From a virus: a stretch of DNA of 64,000 nt. Below, piece by piece: positions 20,801-32,800 of this stretch. The notes under the pieces were generated by a model. It saw only the letters and a list, made by a program, of their open reading frames with translations, was not told the origin of the DNA and ran no database searches. The translations under genes and the position numbers were made by a program. Positions within the stretch are counted from its first letter, which is position 1, and each line of letters starts with the position of its first letter. The stretch spans positions 1 to 64,000 of IMG/VR virus record IMGVR_UViG_3300028549_001461; one strand, written 5' to 3'.

Positions 20801-23800
20801 TTTCTAACAGTACAGGTACTTTTGCTAAGGACGACTCTTCTTTTGTAGGTGATGTAGTTTCTGATGTAAATAAGTTTAAAGATACAGAAGAGCAAAGAAA
20901 ACAAGCTTATGTTAAGTCTGCCAATATTTTAGAACCTGTACAGGGTTATGGTCCAAGTACCGAATTAAAAAATGTAGAGTTACTGAGAGAGGCTTCCAAG
21001 TCTTTATATGAAGCTCGTGGTATGGACTTTGAAAAAGAAGCTGAAAAATTATCAGGTGAAGCACAAGGTTTTATAAAAGAAGCTAAAGTAAGTGGTAACG
21101 TCAATGTCATGGAATTTTTGGAATATACAAAAAATGCTGGTATCGAATTCAAAAATGATCCAAATCAAGGGATGTCGGGTGATAAGGTAGCCACAGCTTG
21201 GCGTTTGTATAAAGACTCTGTAATAGAATTTTTAATAAATAAAGCCAAATCTGCCGAAGCTGACTATGAAAGTATGAAAGGTGTCGGAGGAAATTCTGAA
21301 GCATTAGCTCGTTCTAAATTTGCTGCCTCTGTTAAAGCAGTACAAGCAAAAATATCTGGAGACGCAGGTAAACGTAGTGATATATATACATCAAATAAAG
21401 TTTGGGCATATCCTGATATAGCCAAAGCAGCTGGTGTTTATGAATCTCCTTTAGACATACAGAGAAAAACAAGTAGAGACTTAGGAGATATTGAAGATCC
21501 TGATAGTGATTTGCTTACAAATACTTTCAATAACATTACAAAAGATTTGTCAGGTAAGAATAGAGATACCATGGTGGCTCCTGCAGATAAAGCTCGTACA
21601 GCTTTAAAAGACCTTACTGAAATGGATTCCACTACTATTGACTTAATGAAAAATGGTAAGCTCCTTGAGAGATTAGGTCCAGAGATTGCCGAAGCATGGA
21701 ATTTTGAAAAAGCTGCTGAAAGATTGACACGTCTTAGAAGTGCTCTTGAGTTATTTAAGCAATTCAATGTATCAGATAGTCCATTATCGGTAGAAAAGAA
21801 AAATTTAGAAGAAACAATAAAATTTTTAAAGGATGCCGAAAATAAATTAGTAAAAGTAGATATGAGTCGTAAAAAGCAACCAGGAGGTACTGGTGTTTGG
21901 GGCGACACAGGTGTGGTGCAGGTACCAAAATGGGTAGATCCTAGTATGCAATCAGATTTGCATAAGAGAAACATAGCTAAAGTTCGTGAGTACTATGGTA
22001 AATCAGAAGAATCTGGTGGCGCTAAAGTAGGTGAACGCTATGCCTATGACGCTAAGATTTTCGATGATTCCGGTAAAGCAATTAGTAATCAAAGAACTTT
22101 ATTTCATAAGTTTGGTGAATCAGTAGATTCTGCTGGTAATAAGATTGGTCTGTTTAAAGCATCTCAGGAAGATTTGTCAGCTTCTTTAGCTGGGGTTAAC
22201 CGAGGATTTATGGGTGCTATTGAGCGCGCTATTAAATGGGGAGCTGCTGCTACTATAATTTATGGAGGTGCTGCACAAATAAAAGAAGCCGTACAAACAT
22301 TGGCTGAAATAGAAGTTGAAATGGCTAAATTACGTATGGTTATGCCAAAACAAGGTACAGACTTTGAAGGACTGCAAAATTCTGCTGTAGGTATAGCTAA
22401 AAAATATGGTACGCCTACTGTAGGAGTACTTGAGTCTATGACTTTATACGCTCAACAGGGCTTAGACTCATCTGCTGTTTTAGATAGAACAGATACTTCT
22501 ATGATGGCTGTAAACGTCACTACTTTAAAAGCTAAAGAGGCTACAGAGGCTTTAACTGCTGCTATGAAGGTATTTAAGACTGAGGGTGAGAGTTCTATGC
22601 GTTTCTTAGATTCTTGGTCCGAAGTTGAAGCTTTGCATGCTATTACTGCTAACGATATGGCTGAGGCTATAAAAAAATCAGCTGCCGCAGCTTCCGCAGC
22701 CGGTATTACATTTGATCAGTTAAACGGTATTGTAGCAGCTATAGGTTCTGTTACTAGACAGTCTGGTAAAGAGGTTGGTACTTCTTTACGTTTTATTATG
22801 AGGAGACTATCTGCGGAGAAGGGCCCTGAAGCATTAGCTAAAATAAACATACCTACCGTCACTGGAGAAGGAGAATTAAGAAGTGGCTACGATGTTTTGG
22901 GTGCTTTAGCAGAAAAATGGAAAGATTTATCTTCTGCTCAAAAAATGTCAATAGCCCAAGCTATAGGTGGCACACGTCAATATAACTCTTTACTCGTATT
23001 GATGGAAAACTGGCAAGAGGCTATCGATGGTGTACATCATAGTTTGAATTCGCAAGGTTCTGCATCTAGAAGAAATGCTGAAATGATGCAAACATACTCT
23101 AAACAAGTCGAACAAACAAAAGCTGCTTTCCTTGAACTCCAACTTTCTATAGGTAAAGTAGCTTTCCCTGCTGCAAAAATGGGTCTTCAGGGATTGAAGG
23201 CCATGGCAGAAACTATAAATGCTATACCTAGTTCTTTCAAAGCTGCCGGAGTGGCTGCGGTAGCCTTGTTTACATACCTTTCGCAAGGTGCTAAGATTTT
23301 AGACGCTATATCTAATTTCTTTTCTGGAGGAACGCCTATAATAGGCGGGTTGATTACATCTATAAAAGACGAATTGAAGACAGCCTCTTTTGAACTTATA
23401 GGTGCAGGACAAACAGATGAGTCTACTAGAGGTTTAAATACACTAACCAGTGGACAAGTTAAAGACCACAATCAAGGTAAAAGTTTAAGAGATTTTGAAT
23501 CATCTTTAGGTAAAGCTGCATATCTCCTTGTGTCTGCTGGTAAAGGCTTTAACGATGCTGTGGGAGGTACATTGAAAGGTACCGGTAAAGCGGGTCAATC
23601 AGTTGGACAAGGTATGGTACGTGCCGGATCTTGGTTTAGTAGTATAGTATCATCTTTAGGTGGTGGTAAATACGGTAAAGGTGAAGATGTCACCTACAAA
23701 GATTTAGCAGGAGGCGTGGCGTCAAAGTATACAAAATCTGAGGGCATTAAAGGCGCCTTTGCTCTAGGAGGTTTGAAAGGTCTTGGTAAAATAGCTTCTT

Positions 23801-26800
23801 CTTTTGTTGGTGTAGCTACGGAAGTTGGTGGCCTTGGCTCAGCTGCTGCTGGTATATTTGTAGATGAATTTTCTAAGAAATTAGGAGCTGGTGGTGATAT
23901 TTTTAAATCTTGGGCAAAAGACAATGCTGGTTTAATAAAATCCGTGGCTCCTATGTTGCTTACTTTAGGTTTACTCACACCAGCTATCAAAGCACTTGGA
24001 ACAGAATTTCTAAATACAACAAGGTCTTCACAAGATTTTGAAGATTCTATGTATGAGTTAAGAATAGCCGATGAAAATGTTCTTAAACAAACAAGAGACA
24101 CCAGTAAGTCATATAAAGATTTGCAATCAAAACTAATGGATGTTCAAAAAAGTTCTGATCCTGAAGTTAGTGCAAATCAAAAACATTTAGGTAGTTACGA
24201 ACATCCTTTAACAGCTTTGGCTGGTGTTCAATCAAATGCCTTAAAATTAAATGAAAGTATTGCTAACTCAAATATTAATATGATAGCTGGTTACGATGAA
24301 TTAGGTAATGCCATATTAAGAACTTCTGATAATTACCAAGTATTGTTAAGTACGTTTGAGAAAGCTACTGTACGAGATTTGGCTTCCAGAGATATCGCTG
24401 TTGCAGCAAAACATATTGAAGCTTTAACCAAAACTGATGGTCCTGAAAATTGGAAAAAAGAGTTAAAAGATCTTACCAAAGAAATACCTGTTGTTGGGGG
24501 TATGATTAGTGACCAGATAAAACTATCTCCTGCTAAGAGTTTAGAGTTGACTACTGGTAAACTGAATAATCTTTTAGCTAAGAAAAATGCTTCTCCTATG
24601 TCCACCGTTTATGACGATGACATAAAAGATCTTCAAGGTAAGTTAGCCAAAGTTAAGATAAGCTTTAATCAGACTTACTCCGACTTTAAGAGAAATTTAA
24701 CTAATATTCCTACAACTGGTTTAGCTAAAGAAGAAGTAGCCTCTTTACTTGGCTCTAAAGAGTTACAAGCAGGTTACCAATTAATGGTTGATATTGAACC
24801 TAAATATAATGTTAAAGGAACTAAAGGTAAAGTAAAATGGGAAGATGTCTTAGGCGCCGAGGTTTTGAAAAGAATTTTTCCTGACAGTAATTTAATTGAC
24901 GCAACTAAAGAACTAAGCACTGCGAATATAGAATCAGCTGGTATTGCTAAAAGACAGAATAAAGTATTAAGTGGAGATCTTGTAACTTTTGGTGATGAGG
25001 CAGCAGACAAATTTAATATGTCTGGTAACCAAGCAATAGTTAAACTAAAAGAAACTTCTGATGGTATATTCGAATGGGTAGCTACATATTTTAATTCTAA
25101 GACTTTAAAAATAGAAGAGCGCACTTTTGATAGTGGTATGCAAGACTTAGTTGAATCTATATTACCTACAAAAGCTATACAACAAGATTTATCTGAAAGA
25201 ATTGAAGCTTTAGGTTCTTTTGTTACTGGTGCCAGTGCTGGATTAATAGGTATAGCTAAAAAGGGTTTCAAAGCTGATTTTAATCTAGGCGAAAGATTTT
25301 TTAGTGATATAACTACTTCTACTGTAATACAGGGAGATAAAGGTTTTGACCCTATGTCAGGTTTCGGAGAGTCTAAATTTCAAAAAGGTTGGTCAGACGA
25401 CTTTAAGAAATACTACAGCGAACCAATGACTGAGTATAAAAATAGTGTAGAAGAAATACAAAAATTGTCTTTAGAAGGTCTGGACAAATCTGGTGTAGAG
25501 ATGTCTACTGAATTATACGAGTCTATTGTTAAACTTCAACAAGTTCTTATGAACAATCAGGTTGTTCTTCAGTACAGAGCTGTTTTTGCTGATTTAACTA
25601 AAACTATGGACGCCAATTCCAGAGCGATAAAAGAAAACATAGCTGTAGAGAAAACCAGATCATCTCTGTCTAAGGAAACTAGTGGTCTTTTAAAAGGTAA
25701 AGATGTTTCTTTGGCTAATATGGATTTGGGTAAATATGATAAAAATGCTTTAACAGCACAAGAAAGATTGTTAATTTCTAAGCCAGAATTTAGTAAAAAA
25801 GCAGGCAGACTAAAAGAATTAGAAATTACAAAATCTGGTCTTTCTGAACAAATATATGCGGCTGATAAGTCTAAAGTAGCTTTAGATAGTATAAAAAATT
25901 TATCTAGCGGTTTCGGCACTTCTTTGTCTAAAGAAGATTTATCAAAATACACTGAAACTGTAGCTAAAACCGGTGATTTAGGTGTAGCAGAATTAAAGAT
26001 AGACACAAGTAAAACTGCTGAAAATACTGCAATGACTGTAGATAAGTTAGAAGAGATACTTGACAATTTACATGACACAAAAGCTATACAAGAGATGGAA
26101 CATAAGTCTCTTGATCAAATAGCTTCTATAAGAAATGATGCTGAAAAATCTGGAGATAGTGAAACTGTGACAAAAGCTAATAAAGCTTTAGACGACTTGT
26201 CCAGACAGTTAGTAGATAAACTTGGTTTAAAAGGAGCAGCAAAGGAAGTCGATAAAGGTTTATTTGGTGCTGGTGCTTTTAATAGTAAAGAATTAGTTCA
26301 GAGGGCTTTTGGTGGTATGGATTTTAAAACTCTTTCTTCTGAGATGCGCACAGGCATGGAAGGAAAGGATTTGGAAAAGTTTGATAAATCTACTGAAGAT
26401 ATACTGAAATTACAGGATGAAAATAAAGCTAAAGCTAAAGAAAGTACTTTATTTAATTCAAAAAATATAGCTGGTGCTTCCACTGCTTTTGGTGTATATC
26501 AAGCTTTCAATAGTAATTTTTCTAATAAAAAAATAGAGGCATATGAAAAACAAATAGCTGATTTAAAAGCTCGTGAAAACGAGGTTGGTTTTATAGATTA
26601 TGACCCTCAAATGGCTGCTTTGACCTCAGCAAAGGCCGAAGAAGAGAAGAAGGCTAGGATGTATGGTACCATGCGATTTGCCGCTGGTGGGGCTTCTGGT
26701 AGCATGCTTTTAGCTCGTAATTTAGGAATGTCCGAAGACAATATAAAGCGCATGGGAGCTGGTGGAGCTGCACTAGGTGTTTATGGAGCTGCCAAATTAA

Positions 26801-29800
26801 ATCAAGGTATGACTGGTGATGATTTACCGCCTATTGTTAAGGAGTTTGGTAAGGAAGTTACTATATTTGCTGGAGCAATGAAAGATGAGGGTATATTTAG
26901 CGCTTTAAAGAAAGGCAAAGCTGCCGATAGATTTAGAACATCTTCTGAAGAATTTATGCGTCAGTTCACAGAAGAAACTTTAGACCTTAAAGTTACACCG
27001 AGAACTACAGACGCTGATAGGCAGTCTGAGTATGATTCATCTTATAATGCATTCAGTCAGAAAGCAGCTGATGTTAAATTTGATGCTGAGTGGAAAGCTA
27101 AAGAATTCAAACGTTCTGTAGAAAATCCTAATGCTAATTTACGTGAGAATACTAAAGACTCTGTTAACCAAACAGTTGATGATCTAAAAGCTAAATTAGC
27201 TAGTTTAAAAGATAATATTAAAACCTCTGGTCAAGATGCTATTAGGACCGCTGCTGAAAAAATGGCCAGAGGAGAAGAAGTCAATCTCAAAGACGAGGCT
27301 TCTCAGGTTTATCGTGGCGCCAAAATAAAAACTAAAGAAGCATATGAAGACTTAAAAACACGCGCTAGTAGCGCTGCAGACTTTACTAGTAAAACTACCA
27401 GTTATGCAGGAGAAGCCTCTCTTGGGGCTTTCGATGCTCTTAAAGAAGCCGTAAATAAAAATACAGAGGCAGTTAATGGCAATACTAATGCAACCGACGG
27501 AACTACCGGACATGCCTTAGGCGGATACATACAGAAGTTTGCTGATGGTGGTACAGTCAAACAAATAATGCCTGGTCCAGGTGATAGACAGCCCGCTTTG
27601 TTGACTGCCGGTGAAGAGGTTCTTACAGAAGAACAAAGCAAAGAACTTGCTATGGCCGCTAATTACGCATCAGGTGGTTATATTGCTGATAAATTTAAAA
27701 CTTTTGCTGGTGATACTTTAGAAAAAGCTAGATATCAGGCCGCCCTTTTAAAAGGCGCTGTGTCAGACCCATCTGGTTATATGAAAGCTACGGGATTCGG
27801 GTCTGGCACACTTGATAGTTTTAAAACTTTTGCTGGTGATACTTTAGAAAAAGCTCGATATCAGGCCGCCCTTTTAAAAGGTGCTGTGTCAGACCCATCT
27901 GGTTATATGAAAGCTACGGGATTCGGGTCTGGCACACTTGATAAAATTGGTGAGTTTAAAACTTTTGCTGGTGATACTTTAGAAAAAGCTCGATATCAGG
28001 CCGCCCTTTTAAAAGGTGCTGTGTCAGACCCATCTGGTTATATGAAAGCTACGGGATTCGGGTCTGGCACACTTGATAGTTTTAAAACTTTTGCTGGTGA
28101 TACTTTAGAAAAAGCTCGATATCAGGCCGCCCTTTTAAAAGGTGCTGTGTCAGACCCATCTGGTTATATGAAAGCTACGGGATTCGGGTCTGGCACACTT
28201 GATAAAATTGGTGAGTTTAAAACTTTTGCTGGTGATACTTTAAAAGCAGGTAAAGAAACAATTGGTAAATACGCTGCAAAAGCAGCAAGTAGAATTGGTT
28301 TAAAAAAGATACCAGGATTAGGTACTGTAGCTGCCACTGGCTTTGCCACAGAACGCGCCGCTTCAGGAGATTACATTGGCGCAGGATTAGAACTAGCCTC
28401 TGGTGCAGTAAGTAATATACCAGTTATTGGAACAGCAGCAAGTTTTCTAATCGACGGTGTGTTAATGGGTAAGGACGCTCTAACTAGTAAAATTCCTAAT
28501 AAAGAAAGAATAGCAGAATTACAAAGTACTTTAGGACAGAAACTGAAAAATACTTCTAAATTAAAGTACAGTATGCTCGCAGCAGGCGCTTATGGTTTAT
28601 CTTCACTATTTGGTGATGAAGATACTGAGGAAGATCAAGCTTCTTATGCAGATGGGGGCTATACTACAGGTATGATACGTGGGGCTGGCACTGGTACTTC
28701 TGATTCTATTAGAATGGAAGATGTACCAAGCGGATCTTTTATTATCCCAGCTAAGTACGCCAACAAAGCTAAAGATAAAGTAGAATACTTAAAATTAGCA
28801 AATGGGGGTAAAGGAAGCTCAGACATACGTGTTAGTAATGGTGAATTTTTTATAGACCCTGAAGATGCAGAGAATATAGGCGCTGAAAATCTTAGAAAAA
28901 TGCAATTAGGACAAGAACCTAAATTCAGTGCCGGAGGAGTTGTTAATCGATTTGAATCTGGTGGGCCTGTTCAAGACGAAACTAATTCAACTTCACCTAA
29001 TGATATCTCCATTGACCAAGATAGTATAAATAGATTTGCACAGGCTTCTGCCGCTTCCGCCGCTTTTACTTTTTCTAGATACGCTTCTGAAAAGACAGCT
29101 GATAAAACAAGAAAATCTGATTTAGAAAATATGGCTGAGGGTGAAAATGAAGCCATATATAAAACTATTATGTCTAATGAAGAGGAAGCTCAAAGAGTAT
29201 TAGGAACTTTACAAACTCCTAAAAGCGTAGATAGTGCAGTTGCATCTACTGAAGAATCTTCCAGAGTTTTAGATACAACTAAAGAGTATAAAAAAACACA
29301 GGAAGACGTTAGTAAATTACAGGAAGATTTAACTAAAGAATATGAGAAGCAGAATGAGGAAGTTGAGAAATTAAAAGAAGAGCTACATAAACTTGAGATT
29401 GCTGAAAAGTTTTCTATGCAATTAGAAGCTATGTCTAAGGCAGTGTCGGATAATAGTTTCGCAGAAGAATTTAAGAGATCTTTAAAAATTGGTACAGGAC
29501 CTTTTGAGGGTTTCACTGGTCCTAGAACTGATTTGAATCTTGAAACACGGAATGCACTAGATTTAACTGGTGTAGAATTATTGCAACTGGTTTCAAAACG
29601 TAAGGAAGACCAACATTCTTATTTTAATATAGAAGATAGTATTAAAAACTTCGGTTTAAGAATGGTAAACTTTTTAAATCCTGAAGATACTTATAATAAT
29701 AAATATAGAGGGCAAAATGTTTTAGCTAAGTTTTCAGATTTGGAGGATGAAAAGATAGCCTTAAACACCAATATAAACGCATCTTTACAAAACAGATCTC

Positions 29801-32800
29801 AGGCAACAACACCAGAAGAAGTTGACAATTGGAACGACCATTTAAAAGATCTTGGTAAGCAACTAGAGGATGTAACTAGAAAGCAAGATGGCTATGCAGT
29901 TGCTTTAAGAGAACAAGTTAGGGCAGTAGAAAAAGCTAATAATGTACTAATAGATTACAGAGAGGCTGCTGTTGCCGTCTCTAACATACGAAATACAGCT
30001 GAGTATAGTTTGAATAACCAGGGTTTTGGCGGGAAATTAAAAGGTGCAGTTTCAGATTTGCCGTTAACTCCATTAAATATAGAAGAGTTAAACCCACAAC
30101 AATATTCCTTTATGAAGGCTGGGTCTGGCATGAAAGATTTAATGACACAGCAAAAAGTAAATACTACATTGTATGACCAGGAATTTCAAAAGTATAATCA
30201 ATTAAGTGCAGAACGTGAAAGATTAAAAGTTCAGGCTATGGCCACTTCTGATAGGGGTATTGTTTTTAAAGATAATCAGGTTCAGAATAATGATGGAGCT
30301 TTAAAAAATTTAGAAGAACGTTTGTCAGAATCTAAACTTAAACTTGATTCTATAGGAGCGTCTGTATATCAGGCAAGTGTACGCATTAGTAACTTTTTCG
30401 CAGCTACCGAAGCCGCTAAACAGTTTGACGTAGCTATGTTAAATTTAAAGTCTTCTTTTATATCGGCTTCTATGGGTACACTTGAATTATCCAGTGCCGT
30501 AAATAAAATGTATGGTGGTTCTCATATTGACGCCACACAAAATATAGATGTAGAAGAAAGACAATCAGCTGCTTTGGTAGGTATTAAGTTAGAATCAGGC
30601 AAATCAACACAAGCCAACAGAGAAACTGCCAAACATTTAAATGACTTCTACAATAGTAATGATGCTACTTCCAGCGATAAAGCCATAAAAAATTTCTGGA
30701 ACATGAAACAAAGACGTGTAGATTACGCAGAACATGAGAAATTAACCAATATTACTGATAGTAATAAGGAATATATAAATAATAGTCAGGCTTATGTCAA
30801 GAATATATCACTCGCTGCAGCAAGAGCAGATGATCGTATAAGGGCAAATGCTTACTCTGATATGGATTATGAAGGTAATTCTAAGTCTAGAAACAATGAT
30901 ATCATAGCAAGTGGTTCTTTAAAGGAAAATGGTACTGCTTTAACTGATTTTTTAAAGCAACTTGCTACCAAAGCTAGAGAAACCAATCAGCCCATAAGTG
31001 AATCTGATAAGGGTATTGTACAAGGTATGATTGATAAAACTACTGCTTCGTTAGGTGGGGTTTCTGCAGAATTGTATAATAAAGCTATTGAACTTAATCC
31101 AGTAGTAGATTCTATTGATAAGCAGACAGAAAGACTTATAAGTAGTTTAGTAACACCTGCATCTTTACAAGAGGCTCTAGCATTTTTAAAAGTAGAAAAG
31201 AGTCCAACAGTTATAGATAAAGTGTCTAATATGGCTTCTTCTGCTTTAAATTTTAGAGCTTTTGAAGACCGTAATCCAGTTGTTAGTATATACGATAAAG
31301 AAGCTGCGAGAAAGGCAAAGGCCGATGAATTAAAATATATGCCTAATAATTTCGCTACTGGAGGGCAGATAGGTACTTTAATATCTGGTCCAGGTACTGA
31401 AACTTCTGATAGCATACCAATGGCCGTTCCAGCAGGATCTTTTATAATTAAAGCCAAGCATGCCCAAAATGCAAAAAATTATATAAATAATTTTGCTAAT
31501 GGTGGACAAGTTCCTATAAATGTAAGTAATGGTGAATTACTACTGACTCCAGAAGAAGTCGCTAATATAGGTGGTGTAAAAAAAGCAGAAGAACTAAATA
31601 AAGGTATTTTTGATAAACTTAGAGAAGTTGTTTTAAGTAAAAAAACTGAAGCTTTGTTTTTAGGTGCAGAAACTTCTAAAAATATAGCTGACAGAGAGGG
31701 AGCTTTAAAAGATGCCATCAGCTTCGCATCAGGCGGTGCAGTAGATTCTATGAATGCTTCCTGGACAGAAGAAGATTATAACAAGCATGGCTTTGCTGAT
31801 GAGAAAGATTATAATCAACAAATGATGGGTCTTGAAAAACCAATGCTAGATCCTATAGACCTTATTGGTGGCTTCGGAGCATTACCTTTATTAAAAGCCG
31901 CAACAAGTAGATTAGGTACTAAGTTATTCAGTTCTAGTGTAGCACCTTTAAGTAATGAAATGGGTTCTATAGCTTTACCAACTATGTCTAAAACAGCTTC
32001 TACAGGTAGTTATTTAAAGGAAGCTGAAAAAATAATGGGTATAAATCTCAATGTTTCTAAATATACAAAGGAAATCACAGGTAATAAGGAATTACTACAG
32101 GAAGTGCTTTCTAAAGGACAAGCTATATATGGAGAAGGTTCTTCTCTTAATCAAATAGTAAGTCGTTCTGGGCCTATTGGTATTAAAAATTTAGTAGAAA
32201 GTATAAGCAAAAATCGTGGTTTTGCCGATGGTGGTTTAGTTGATAAAAGAAATAAGTTACTTGCTAATATAGCTGCTTCTAATGATGATACCTCAAAGCA
32301 TGTTTTTGAAAGTATGTCTGAAATATTGGATAAAAATCCAGAAGTTTTGGATTACTTGAGTGAGGTTAATATTTCTTCAAGTGCTAGTGTTAAGAAACCT
32401 TCAGGAACAGCTGGTTTTGCAGGAAATTATCCTGGATCTCCAAAAACAGACCTTTGGTATAATAAAGATATTATTTCAGATGTTTTAAGTGGTACTAATA
32501 AATTTAAATATCCAAAAGATATGGGGGGATCACCAAAAGAAATAATAAATAGTATTTTATCTCACGAAGTAGGTCATGCTGCTCTTAATGTTATGAAGGT
32601 CAATCAACCCGAACTTGCTAAAAAATGGATAGCAGAATTATCTAAAGTACCTGCAAATAGTTTAACAGACTATAGTAAAAAATACAGAGATAATAGTTTA
32701 AAAACTATACCAGGTAGAGATGAACATGAAACATTTGCTGAATTATTTAGATTACATAATGCTACAAATAGCAAAGTAGCTTTAGCCGATATGGATCCTA

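Noticed and set aside
27694-28242. Tandem repeat as a CRISPR array or DGR template/variable repeat
   Set aside because: No unique spacers, the units are in-frame coding sequence, there is no adenine-specific diversification pattern, and no reverse transcriptase or cas gene is present
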